Source of the DNA: the human T2T-CHM13v2.0 reference genome, Homo sapiens
DNA: 64,000 bases
Reading direction: 5' to 3' (one strand)
NCBI RefSeq assembly: GCF_009914755.1
Contig: NC_060940.1
Shown here: positions 1-12,055 of the stretch, one piece after another
How positions within the stretch are numbered: position 1 is the stretch's first letter
How the letters are laid out: each line of letters starts with the position of its first letter
Position numbers and translations under genes: made by a program
The notes under the pieces: generated by a model
The model's input: the letters and a program-made list of their open reading frames with translations, nothing else
Database searches by the model: none
Told to the model about the DNA's origin: nothing

Positions 1-1254
1 GTAGCATACTACCCACTCACAACTCCTTGGTCAGAACCAGGTTCATGACCCCAGCAAAATACTACCAGGTGGACCACTTGCTGAAGATAAGCAAGTCATA
101 CTTTTTGCTATGAGGTTTCTAGTAGTTAATGCAAAGAGGTTTATCTTTATGCTGTCTGTATTTTTTTGGTGTCTATCAAACTTAAAAACAAAACATTGCT
201 CAAGATAAGTAGATGAGTAGTTACTCCTGGGGCTGAACAAAATTTGAAACCTGCTGAAAACAGATTCCTGAACCTCACCCCCAGAAAGTTTGACTAATAA
301 GACTAAACAGAGATAGTTCAAGTGGAACATACCAGGACAGATGAATTTATTATTGAAATATTAAAATACTTCTTTATTTGTTGGTAAATACCAAATGTCA
401 CAGTCCCTCTGACATTTGTCTACCCTCCAGTCCCACTAACTGTCCTGACCCCAACCCAGGACTCCTTGCAATTCTCCAGTGAATAAAAGAGTAATGTTTT
501 GCTGAGTTGAGTGTTCTGAAGCCCCTTATTGCTGCAGGTGACATACTGCCTGATTCGTATGACTCCCCCCAGTTGTTGAATGTTTCATATATGACTTTTG
601 ATGGGGAGGGCTGGGAACCGGAATTATATCAAGTACCCCAGAAAATTCTGATTCAGAAGAATATTGGCCATCCTTTTAGAAACACTGATCACACAACCTG
701 ATGAGCCAACCATGATAGTGACTGTATCAGAAATTCCCTAATGGAAGTGTGCAGAGGATGCAACAAGACCACAGGAACAGGACCCAGGCTTCTGGCAATG
801 GGGGACTGGCATTGTTGGGGAATCTTCCAAGGAGAGATAAAGTTAGCAACACCTTGAAAGCCACTCCAGAGCTCTCTAAGACCCAAAATAAGTAGAAGCC
901 TTGGTTGACTTTCTCAGCTTAGCAAGAGATGCAAAATATCTATATATGCAACGTCCAGAGATTATGAAGCAGCTGCCTGCAGAATGAATACAAAATGGCA
1001 GCGTGGAGGAGGTATAGAGAGGGACTTCCTTCCAGCTGGTCCAGGAACAGAAAAGGACAATTTCCCCATTTCTGCATCTACCCAACATGCATCACATATG
1101 AGAATGTCAGAAGTGCATATTGGAGTACTGTGGGAATTAATGGAATTTGGAGTGGTGTGGTGGATTAAAGAATTCCTTTTCAGAAATAGTTGCTCTCTCT
1201 CTCTTATACTTCCATGAGAGAAATATACTTCATTTTTGATCTTGGGTATGATCA

Positions 1255-1508
1255 CCTGACTTGTATCTGCCAATGGAATCTTAGCAGACGGGATGTGGCA
1301 GGGACTTGAAATGTGTTTGTGTGCTTGGTTGTATAAGTGTACTCTGGTGTGTCCTCCATGACTATGAGAAAGACATGCCCAGACTAGCTCACTGACACCA
1401 CAAGGAGGATGAGATCAGCTGCCTCATGGGCATGTGAACTAAGTAAGTGCCTATTGTTCTATGCCACTGAGATTTTGTGTTTGTGCGTTGTACAGCTACT
1501 GCTAACTA
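1255..1508 (+). mobile_element. MaLR LTR fragment, MLT1H/I-like
   Basis: Motifs 'ccaatggaat..agcaga', 'cttgaaatgtg', 'atgagaaagacatgccc' and 3' 'gccactgagattttg...gctaacta' resemble MLT1H/I. Confidence 0.7.
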
Positions 1509-2809
1509 CTGGGGAGGTTTATAACAAAATTGTGTCAAGGGCCAGAGAAGTCCACCCAAATGAGACTGAATTGTCTTTCCTATTTTGCTCCAAGGTAGCT
1601 GAGCTATTGGCCATGGTTCCAGGATATTCTCTTAAGAATAGAAGAAGGCCAAGCAAATAAAAGCCAAGGGATTTAAAGTCTACAGATAATCATAATATTG
1701 TATTTTCACAATTTATGGAGCACTATGGTGTACCAGGTTCGTGGTGTGTGCTTTAGATGGATTAGTTCATTAAATTAAAGTTCCTCTGTCAATCAGTCCC
1801 ATGTCCGTATACTCTTTTCGGAAAAATTGTGGGGCCCACAGGGGGACCTGTATGCAGACTGCGCATTTTTTGGTTCCTGTCTAGACCATTCAACCCAAAA
1901 CTGAAATAGCTGAACTGAACAAGGGGCTGAGCTTTAGGGAGTTGAAGTAGGGGAAAGGCAAGGCTGGGGAGCTTAAAAATAGTGGGAAAAACATTGCATA
2001 AGGCCTTGGAGATAAACAATGCAGTAGTTTCAGTGTCTCTTCCCATGACTCAAATCACGGGTCTTGGGAGTGTGTGATGCTTGTTTCTGGGTCATGAAAA
2101 GGTATTCACTTTCCAGTAAAAGGAAGGGTCCCACACCAAATAGCCTCTGGCGGTCTTATTAAAAGGCCACGGTGGGGTCAGCGTGGGACTCTATCAGTAT
2201 CAGAAGAAGAATGTAATAGTGGCTGACATGCCCTGAGCTTTAATGTTGTGCAAGTCAGAGGAATAAATGCTTTGTATGAATTATCTGCCTTAACGCTCGG
2301 AAGCATGTGTCCAAACTCTCCCAATTGTACCCACAAGGAAACTGGGGTTTGGGGACGCTGAATCACTTCCCAAGTAAATAACTCAAAGGGCTGGAGTTAG
2401 GATTTAGAATCAGAATCTGTGATTTTCTAAATTTCATGCCATCATTAACAATTAATTATATATTGAGAAATGATGCATTTGAAGTCTAAAACTCAAAATT
2501 CAATTTCAATCATGTGCTTCTAAGGAATAAGGCAGGGGAAAGGTTAGACTCTCAGCAGAAAGTAAAGCTGCTGTTAGCCTCTTAGATTGTACATTTTACC
2601 TCATTTCAACTCACATTGAGAATCTCCAAGTCACTGGTGACTGGACAAAGTCTCACGTGAGCCAATTGTTTTAGGACAAGGCAAAAAAGTAGAGAAGCCT
2701 TTATGAGTTACATGAGCCCCCAGTTCCTACAGACTCCAGAGCTCCTGAGACATGAGGTATGGTGAGAGCTTTGAGGTGGCTCTGAGGCACAGGCTGGTGT
2801 GAAAACCCA

Positions 2810-2940
2810 ACCTCCCCATTTTAGCAAGAGAGAAACTGAAGTCCGAGAGGGGAAGTGATTTTCCCAAGAGTCCGCAGTGAGAGAGCGGGAACCCCCACCC
2901 CGAACCCAGGTGGTCCCACACCCAGAGCAGTGCTCTTTCT
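2810..2940 (-). mobile_element. MIR SINE fragment
   Basis: Core 'ccccattttagc..gagaaactgaagtccgagaggggaagtgattttcccaag...gaacccagg'. Confidence 0.7.
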
Positions 2941-3494
2941 CCTGTGTCATGCCCCCTTACCTTGTCAGGTCTGGGGTGTGACTCATGGGAGGAGCTGATT
3001 TGGGACTCTGCCATCCCAGGGCTCTTTCTCACAAATGTCACTTTCTGGTTTTGAGGAATGAAGGAAGAGTTCCAAAAAATTAAGTGTTTGTAAACTAGTG
3101 CACTTTGTATTGTTTCTTAAGTTGACCCCTCTTGGATTTCCTCTCTTGATATTTTTAAATTTTTTTTGGTCAGAAGAAGGGGTTTGCTTGCCACCTCCAT
3201 CATGACAATATCAGAGCTAGAGCTAACGAGAACATTTAGGGGTGCATCAGCCTGAGAAAGTGAGAAAAAGGAATCCCTGATAGCCATAGCCATATGATTC
3301 TTGGTAGAGAAAATTATCAATATGTTCTTCCACATGTAAGCTTGGCTTTATTATCTTTGTGAGTGTGCACATGCGTGATGGTGCTAGAGTCCACCATTCA
3401 TTGAACATGTGGTTTCTGAGTAGCTATAAGACATTGCAGGGATTTAAGAGATGGCAACGTCGTCCCATCCAACATGTCCATCAAGACTGGCTTC

Positions 3495-3690
3495 ATCAAG
3501 GCTCTTTGCTTACAAGGAACAGAAATCTGCTCAGAACAGCTCAAGCATACCAGAGATATTTTTGAAAGGATGCAAGGATATCTCCCAGAAGGAGATATGA
3601 ATGGGAATCAGGACTGGGCAAGTCAGGAACAGAAGTACTTCAGTGTTTCTCCTAGGGTGTTGTGGTGTCTCAATTTTGTTTCTCTCTATG
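3495..3690 (-). mobile_element. Old MaLR LTR fragment (MLT1K-O-like)
   Basis: 'atcaaggctctttgcttacaaggaacagaaatc...ttgaaaggatg' resembles the reverse complement of a late-MLT1 LTR 3' end. Confidence 0.45.
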
Positions 3691-4099
3691 AAATCTCTAT
3701 GAATCTCCTTTTGTGGATTCAGTCAGTTTTCTCAATTGCAAATAAGAAATTCTAGCTGTACAGGAGGGGACAACGGTGTTCCCATTGTTTTTAATCCAGT
3801 CCAAACTGACTATATGTGGGTCACCTTCCACGTAAAGCAGTGAATGGTGTTTCTTGTAGCTTCTTTCACATTTTGACATTTCACAGGATTTTATTCTATG
3901 CTGCCTTCTACCCTTTGCAGGTGCTCAGGCAAGCTGCCCTTGCCATAGGAGAGAAAACTGGAGAAATTAGAATAACGGGTTGAGTGTGTTTCATTTCAGG
4001 AGAAAAGTTAATTTGACGATGAGCAGGTTATTTGGAAAGCAACAGCTTTGCAGATGGGAAGTCTTGTGACTACCCTCCTGTAATCTTAACACTTTTTTT

Positions 4100-4311
4100 T
4101 GATAGTGCGCTACGTGCCAGAAAAGACTAAGCATTTTCCACATGTCAGCTCATTTAATCTGCAGAAAAATCCAATGTAGCAGTGTAATTATGGCCTCCCA
4201 TTTACAATCCAGGAACCTGAGGTACAGGGAGTTTAACCTAATTTGTCCAAAATAGAACTGGGATTTGAACCCGGGCAGTCTAGCTTCAGAGCCTGCATTC
4301 TTAACCACTAT
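4100..4311 (-). mobile_element. MIR SINE
   Basis: 'ctcatttaatct...aggaacctgaggtacaggga...ggatttgaacccgggcagtctagcttcagagcctgcattcttaaccact' is a near full-length MIR reverse complement. Confidence 0.9.
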
Positions 4312-4344
4312 TCTAGTCAGTATCCTGTGATAGCATTAGTGCAT

Positions 4345-4550
4345 TAACTATTTGCCTGGAATACAGTAGTACCTTGTGCATACAATATTATTTCATTAAA
4401 TCTACACAAAAACCATGACTTGTAGTCAGAACCAACCTGCATGTGAAGAAACTGAAGCTCAGTGAGGTTAAATGGCTGGAATCAAGTCACGAAGTGAATA
4501 GTGACAGGCCAGGTATGTGGGCTCAAGTCTAGCTGGACATAGTCTGGGCT
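4345..4550 (-). mobile_element. MIR SINE (second, more diverged)
   Basis: 'tttcattaaatct...gaagaaactgaagctcagtgaggttaaatggct'. Confidence 0.7.
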
Positions 4551-5274
4551 TCTGCCCCCAGCTTAATACTGAAAAACAGAGGCTAGAGTGTTAGCCTAGA
4601 AAATGCTAGGGAATAAATAGTTAAAAACAAAAAATGTTTTTAGGGCATTAAAAGAGGAAAGCAAAGATTAGTTTGAAGCAATTTTCTGTGTGGAGGAGAA
4701 CTTAACAAAACAAAACCCTTCTTCTCCTCTTCGACCTATCCAAAGCAGATGCATCAGAGAGAAAATCTGGTAGATATTGAGCAACTTACTAGTTCCCAAC
4801 AGCTGAAAAGGGTTCAGCTTCAAACTGATCATTGTCAGAAAAGCAAATACAAATTTGCCCCAGAGCAAAATAACTTTCAGAAAATCAGGAAGAGTAAATG
4901 GACAGTAAGTTATGAACATAAAACTCTTTGTACTCGGCCCAATTAACCCTAACCCAAGGCAACCCTGTGCCCCTAAGCTATTCATTTAAGGGTTTTACGA
5001 TTTATAGGCAGCCTTACTCAGGGGAGGTCCCGCCTGGCTCTGATTTCAGTTTTCACGGCAGCACATGTGTAATCCTGCTGCGTCACAGCTCCATGACTCA
5101 GAAAATGCACGTTTCTCAGGATGGAAAGAGACCCGGGGAGTCCTCAGTGGGTGAGCTCTGCTTCCCTCCAAGTGGCAGGAGAGAGCCCTGTGGAAGAGTG
5201 TGCACTGAGACCTGCCAATTTCCACTCCGGGGATGAATAAGGGAGCTGGGGCTGCTCCACCCATGGCTCCCATT

Positions 5275-5340
5275 ACACATTATATGCATATTTCAAAATA
5301 TCACATGTACCCCATAAATATGTACAATGATTATGTGTCT
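5275..5340 (+). mobile_element. L1MA-type 3' end fragment
   Basis: 'caaaatatcacatgtaccccataaatatgtacaatgattatgtgtc'. Confidence 0.75.
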
Positions 5341-5796
5341 GTATTTGGCAGTATGTTGTGAGTGTCAGACACAGTGATAAATTAAACCCAAAGTCACAAC
5401 TGCTACCTTCAAAGAGTGGCAGTCTATTATTTGATTAGATAAGAGCACCTAAGACTGCTACACAGACACAGAGGCCAGGACAATGAGAGATGTGCATCTC
5501 CAGATCATTCTTTAGCCAAAGTGTCATTGTGGCCACAGAAGATGTGGCTGAGTGGAGGAGCAGAGAGAAAGGGTTCCTAAAGGCTAAGTAGAGGCCTGGA
5601 GATAGGATGGAGGCTGGAGAAGAATAGCTTGAGGAGCTTAGACCACATCAGATGCCTCATGCCTGCTCTGGTGGGGGCTGATGCTGAAAAGGCAGGTGTT
5701 AACCAGAACATAGGAAACTTTGAAATCAAAGCAGAAACATTCAGACCTGATGGGTTGGGCAAGAGGGAGTCGTGGTAGGCTCTTGAGAAAGAAAGA

Positions 5797-5872
5797 GAGT
5801 CAAGAGCTTTCAATTTTCATTTTACTCACAATGTTGTACTGTATAGGCTTATTTCTAGGTTTTGCCAATTGC
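5797..5872 (+). repeat. Local direct duplication, copy A (76 bp; partner 6513-6588)
   Basis: Ungapped manual alignment, 70/76 identical. Confidence 0.95.
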
Positions 5873-6186
5873 GTCAAAGGGAAGAGATCAGTTCGCTGAG
5901 AGTGCTCACCTCTGTTGGAGGAGTAGAGGAGATGGGGAGGGGGGAGGATGAGGGTAGGGTGCTGGAAATCAGGGTGCTACTTGTAAGCTGTCATTGGAAT
6001 CAAGTAAGGACGGGCAAGGACATCAGGCAGTGAGAAGGAGGCTTCAAAAGAAAATTGCCAGGTCGTGGGGAAAGCAGAGTGCCCAAGAGGACCATGTCTA
6101 GTTTTCTGGCTTAAGATTTAGAGAAATCTGACCCTCTGGTTTTAGTCTCCTGGAGCTTTGCCTGAATGCATTAAATAATCAAAATG

Positions 6187-6310
6187 GAAAAGAGAAAAAG
6201 AAAGAGGGGAGAAAAGAAAGAGTAGAGATGGAGAGAAGGGCAGAAGAGAGAGGGGTAAGAGTGGAGGAGAAGGGAGGGGAGGGGAAGGAAGAAGGCTGGC
6301 AGGAAAGAGA
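6187..6310. repeat. GA-rich polypurine low-complexity tract
   Basis: Almost exclusively G/A on the + strand. Confidence 0.85.
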
Positions 6311-6512
6311 CAGAAACATCACACCTGCAGACACCTCCCAGTCAGTAAATCAATCATGCAGAAACAAGCCACGCATAGAAGTGTGTGGAAGAAGATGGTC
6401 AAAAATGAACTCCATGTATCCCTCATTTCCCTGGGTCATCACCCAACACTCTAAAGTTCAGCAGAGACTATCCAATGACTACAAGGAAGAAAAGAAACCA
6501 GCCTGTGTGTCT

Positions 6513-6588
6513 GAGTCAAGAGCTTTCAATTTTCATTTTACGCACAATGTTGTGCCGTATAGGCTTATTTCTGAGTTTTTCCAATTGC
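6513..6588 (+). repeat. Local direct duplication, copy B (partner 5797-5872)
   Basis: Ungapped manual alignment, 70/76 identical. Confidence 0.95.
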
Positions 6589-6679
6589 ATGCCTTCTGAT
6601 ATCTCAGGCCAGCAACTTGACTTCATATGCACATCTTCTTTCTGCTATCGGCTTATGCAAACATGATTGAAAAGCTGAG

Positions 6680-7493
6680 CGTGATGGTTAATTTTTATAT
6701 TTCAATTTGACTGAGCCATGGGGTGCCCAGACATTTGGCCAAACATTATTGTGTGTGTCTGTGAGAGTGTTTCTGGATGAGACTGACATTTGAATCGGTA
6801 GACTGAGTAAAGCAGGTTGCCCTCCCCATTGTGGGCACATCTCATCCAGACAATTGAAAATCTGAATAGAACAAAAAAGTTGAGTAAGAGGGTACCCCTT
6901 CTGCCTGACTGCTTGAGCTGGAACTTGCGTCTTTTCCAGCTTTCAGACTCAGACTGAAATTTTGGCCCTTCTTGAATCTCAAGCTTGTCAGCTTTCAGAG
7001 TTTAGCTACATATCAGCTCTCTTGAGTCTCCGGTTTTCTGACTACAGATCTTGGAACTGATTTCTTCGCCTCCATAATAGAGTAAGCCGTGGATAGTCAT
7101 AGGCTGCCTAATGAAGTTTTGGTTAATGATGTATTGCATGTACAATGGTGGTCTCATAAGATTATACGATTCTATCTTTACTGTACATTTTCCATGTTTA
7201 GATATGTTTAGACACACAAACACTTACCATTGTGTTATAACTGCCTACAGTATTCAGTACAGTCCCATGCTGTGACAGGTTCGTAGCCTGGGAGTAATAG
7301 GCCATACCATAGAGCCTAGGTGTGTCGTGGGCGACACTATCTAAGTGTGGGTAAGTGCACTCTAGGATGTTTGCACAGCCTCAAAATCACCTAATAATAC
7401 ATTTTTCAGAATGTATCCCCATTACTAAGTGACACATGACTGTATATACACAGTATTTCTTTTGGTTATGTTTCTTCTGAGAATTCTAATACA
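6680..7493 (+). mobile_element. ERVL LTR MLT2 (MLT2C/D-like), split by a Tigger element
   Basis: Start 'gtgatggttaatttt..tcaatttgactgagccatggggtgcccagacatttgg', internal 'gaatcggtagactgagtaaagcag', end 'ttggttatgtttcttctgagaattctaataca'. Confidence 0.9.
7094..7442. mobile_element. Tigger3a/MER7-type DNA transposon (TcMar-Tigger)
   Basis: Termini 'tagtcat'...'catgactg|ta'; internal 'gcctacagtattcagtacagt', 'gcctaggtgtgt'. Confidence 0.85.
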
Positions 7494-7519
7494 CTCAGGG
7501 AGATCTCTCTAGAAAAGGG

Positions 7520-8042
7520 TCAGGGTAATGGTAACAATGGTGCTGAGATCCAAGAAGTATTTGAAATTAACAAATATAGGAAGCTTGGAAGGAAGACAGT
7601 CCCCAGCAGAGGCAATGGCCAAGGTAAAGTCTTCAAGAGTGGAGGGAGGCTGGTGGAGGGAGGGACTGACAGGTCAGTGTGGCCTGAGTGAGGAGTAGAA
7701 GGGGACACTGGCATGAGATTGGCTGGAGATTCTGCATGCACCAGGCCACTCCAGGCCTAGGGAGGCTGATCGTATAGTTTGTCATCTTCCCGGGACACAT
7801 CTGAGGGAAGAAGGTGCTATGAAAACCAAAATAACACTTTGAAACCAGAACTATTCTGCACAAATTGAGGCCCTCCCTTTCAGGCCATTAAGAGTTTGTA
7901 ATTTATTCTACAATCAATAAGGGATTCACTGAAGTGTTCTAAGAAGAATTGTCACATGACCCTATTTGCATTTTAAACTCACCGTGGCTGCCATGTGAGG
8001 AATGGATTGAAGAAGGCGAGAAAAGATAAGGGCAGACCAGTG
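7520..8042 (-). mobile_element. L2 LINE fragments (resume near 10100-10200)
   Basis: 'ggaagacagtccccagcagaggcaatggccaaggtaaag', 'tttgcattttaaa..gtggctgccatgtgaggaatggattga'. Confidence 0.7.
7758..7878. mobile_element. MER81-like hAT-Blackjack element inserted in L2
   Basis: Termini 'taggg'...'ccct', internal 'ccgggacac'; 8-bp TSD tccaggcc/ttcaggcc. Confidence 0.6.
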
Positions 8043-8300
8043 GGGACTAAATCTATTTAAGATTGCAACAGTGAAAGCATGCCTGAGTTTCCAGCCTGCT
8101 GCTCTGAGAATTTTAGACTCAAAATTGTACCATCAACTCTTACCTGAGTTTCTAACCTGCTAGCCTGCCCTGTGGATTTCAGACTTGCCAGCCCCTACAG
8201 TCACATGAGCCAATTTCTTAAAATCTCTCTCTCTGTCTCTCTCTCTCTAAGTTTGAGTAAGTAGTGTATGTAGGTATGTATTTACTATGTATGTATGTAT

Positions 8301-8830
8301 TGTGGAGGAGGGAAAATGGTTCCCTCTACCTTTCTAGGTTCCTTGGCTGAGCTACAACTTAAATGGACACAAGACAGATCAACAGGAGCAAAACCATATT
8401 TATTACATATGTGAGCACAGGAGTCCCGCAAATATATGAGACTCCAAGAGAGGCCAGATGATTGAAGCTTATTTAATATCCTGAGCTACAGAAAGGAATA
8501 GGGGTTTGGCTTCCGAGGGGTGGTAGAGACAAGTTTATGGAAGGGCAAGGGGAGGAAAAGTATAGTGAATAAAATTTGTCTTGTTATGCAGGTAAGTCTT
8601 TCAGGTAATAAAAGCTGTAATGGAGCTGCTCCTTCTGATACAGATACTAATGCATATTTTCCTTATAGATGTAAATTTCTTTTACCAAAAAAAACAACTT
8701 TTCAGAGCTACTCTTGCGTCTGAAGTTTTTCAGAATAACCAGCTCCAAATATGCAAAATAAATATATATTGGGGTGGCATATCTGGTCTCCTATAGTCAT
8801 ATTTGGGATAGTATGTCCTGAGCCCAAACA
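8301..8830 (-). mobile_element. ERV1 solo LTR, MER39/MER34-like
   Basis: TG...CA ends; 'aagacagatcaacaggag', 'ttggggtggcatatctggtctccta', 'tcctgagcccaaaca'. Confidence 0.7.
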
Positions 8831-8907
8831 TTATACACACACACACACACACACAACCATATGTGTACATATCCATATTATATATAGTATGTGTGTTTTG
8901 TATATAT

Positions 8908-9101
8908 TGCAAAAGTTATCAGTATCAAAATGGAGTCACTGATGTCAAACCCTAATAAAATGGAGAGACAGGAAGACCTGAAGGAAGGGGCCCCTCACAC
9001 AAGCCTATGACGGGGATGACGCATGGAACTCCTTGAAACCTCAGTGTTTCAGGTAGGCCACTTGCATGAAGAGACTTGGGTAGAAATGGCTGCTTTCACT
9101 A
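8908..9101 (+). mobile_element. ERV1 LTR 5' fragment (MER90/MER93-like)
   Basis: 'tcagtatcaaaatggagtcactgatgtcaaaccc...aatggag...gaaggaaggggcccctcacac'. Confidence 0.55.
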
Positions 9102-9801
<700 letters not shown>

Positions 9802-9821
9802 TGACACAGATTTTGGTATGG

Positions 9822-10086
9822 TGGCACACAGAAAGAATGCCATGTGATGACTGCAGTCATGCTTTTTTGTTGTTGTTGTTGCTTAGAAGCCAAAAAACTA
9901 CCAGAAGGTAGGAGAGAAGCCTGGGACACATCCTCCCCTAGCTCTACTATCTTCAAAGAGAAGATAGCCCGGTCTACACCTTGATCATGGACTTCTGGCC
10001 TCCAGAACTTTAGACAGTACATTTCTATTATACTAAGACACCCAGTTTGTTTCACTTTGTTACAACAGCTCTAAGAAACAAATACA
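9822..10086 (+). mobile_element. MaLR LTR 3' part (MLT1B/C-like)
   Basis: 'accttgatcatggacttctggcctccagaact...cacccagtttgt..actttgttacaacagctctaagaaacaaataca'. Confidence 0.85.
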
Positions 10087-10614
10087 GATTTTGGTGCATT
10101 AGTGAGAACGCAGAGGGTTTGCAGAGGCTATGGAAAGAAAGGAGTGGATTTAAGTCAAATCTGGAGGGCTCAGGGAGGGCTTGGATATGGGAAGAAGGAG
10201 GGGGATGGGTTTTGACTTCCCCTGATCTGCTGCCTCTGAAACCCTGCCCCTTCCTCTGACCCCCATGCTAAACTGCACATGTATCCTGGGAATTCTGTCT
10301 CAAGCAGTATTCTTGATCTCATTCTCTGCTCAAAGTGCTACAGTTACTATGTGGGGCTGCATGCAGATATTTGAGAACATAGGATATTTGGTCCTAATGT
10401 AGACACGGCCACAGGGGACCTGGGTCTCTGTCCTGGCGTTTCCATGTGCTGGCAGTCAGGTCCCCTTGGAAGCTCTTGGAGAAAAATGGAATAAGTCTTC
10501 TCCAGTAATTGCAATAGTTCTGCTGCTGAGACAGTCAGTAAATTATTTTCCACATTCTCTGCTGAGAACTACAACAAAACCCACATGAACATTTTTTTTT
10601 TGGATATAATCATA

Positions 10615-10855
10615 TAATAGAACAGCTAACATTTGGTTAGCGGTTGTCATATTCAGAAGACTGTGTTTCACACTTTGCAAAAATTTAACCCTCATGGCTA
10701 ACTATGTAGTGAGTTCACAAATTACTCTCATTTTGGAAGTAAATAAGTAGAGATTCCACGAGTCCTGTTGAGGTGATCAGGTTTACCATGCTGAGACGTG
10801 GTGGATCTAGGGCTGGTACCCAGGTCTGAGGCAGAGCAAGCAGTCTTAATCATCT
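10615..10855 (-). mobile_element. MIR (diverged)
   Basis: 'aacagctaacattt', 'tttaaccctcat', 'cccaggtctgaggcagagc..gtcttaatcat'. Confidence 0.6.
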
Positions 10856-10889
10856 TTCTGTCTTCTGTCTTTATCCCTCTCTCTCTTCT

Positions 10890-10940
10890 ACACACCCACA
10901 TGCACATGTGCACACACACACACACACACACTCACACACA
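10890..10940. repeat. (CA)n microsatellite, interrupted
   Basis: Direct inspection. Confidence 0.9.
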
Positions 10941-11545
10941 TGCATGAACCGTCACAGATAAACCCAAAGGAAGTGGTTCTGCCATTGTGGTTTCCAGCAT
11001 TTCCAAGCTGGTGTGATTCTGAATGCCTCTTGTTAGACTAAGCTGACTCTAGAATAGTTTTATTATCTTAATGTTCTGCTGTTCGGTACAAAAGATGCTG
11101 TTAAAGACAGAACTCACTCTTTTCCCCTCTGCCAACCCTAGGTTTGAACCACTGTGTGCTTTTCGTGGGTCCTTTCTCCTCTGGGAAATCACCTAGTTGG
11201 ACTTCCTGGGTTGGTTTTTTCACCTCTCATTCTCCACCACTGAGAGCTGACTTTTTTCCCACCGGGATAGAGTTTCATCATACTCTTTAGCATTTTCATC
11301 AGGTTTGTTGGTAGTCCTGATCACCACCATACTGGGATACAGATGACAAAAGTTTAATTGTTTGAAACTTATATACCCACCCCCATACTCTTTTTACAAC
11401 TCTGGCTCAAGGTGGACAACTGTCCAAGGTAGATCAACTAGTTGTTTGCTATTCTTCTGTCTTCTTTGCTGTCACCTTCTGTGGTTTGTTTGAAAGTCAA
11501 TGTCCCCAGCCCCAGGGAAGACTTGTGAGGGACATAATCAATCTG

Positions 11546-11736
11546 AGTGGGGGTTTTCCAACCCTAGCACTAATTTGGCCTAGGTAATTCTTTGTTGCAG
11601 GAGACTACCCTATGCATTGTAAGATGTTTAGAAGCATCCCTGGCTTCTACCCACTATACATGCATAGCTGCAGCCTAAGTATGGACAATCAAAAATGTCG
11701 CTGGGAGGCAAACTCACCCCTAGCTGAGAAGCACTG
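11546..11736. mobile_element. MER20 (hAT-Charlie)
   Basis: 'taattctttgttg..tgcattgtaagatgtttagaagcatccctggcttctacccacta..acaatcaaaaatgtc..gctgagaagcactg'; flanks atctgag/atctaag. Confidence 0.9.
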
Positions 11737-11859
11737 ATCTAAGCTGGTACAACCTCATTTTGTTTACCTTTTGCCCTTAGAGTTGGTCATGAAAGCTTTA
11801 ATAAAATATTTTACCTAATGTAAAAAAAGGAGAACTTCTAAACACATGGCTCCTTTTTT

Positions 11860-12055
11860 CCTACCTTGAATGTAAACAGGAGATGCTTAGAACTGTGACA
11901 AAATATAATAATCAACTATATTTTGACCTCCAAACTTAGGGAAGCAGGGACAACATACAGGAGGAAGGTCAAGTAGAACCTGGACCATTGATGACATTAT
12001 AGAACCACTATATCAAACCTGGAACCAGCAACCTCACCTTGTTATATAAGAAAAT
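11860..12055 (+). mobile_element. Old MLT1 (K/L-like) fragment
   Basis: 'ccttgaatgtaaac..gatgcttagaactg', 'gaacctggaccattgatgacattatagaaccact'. Confidence 0.45.

Noticed and set aside
400-1250. Possible ERV internal or exon-like sequence
   Set aside because: I could not match it to any consensus or protein; left unannotated.
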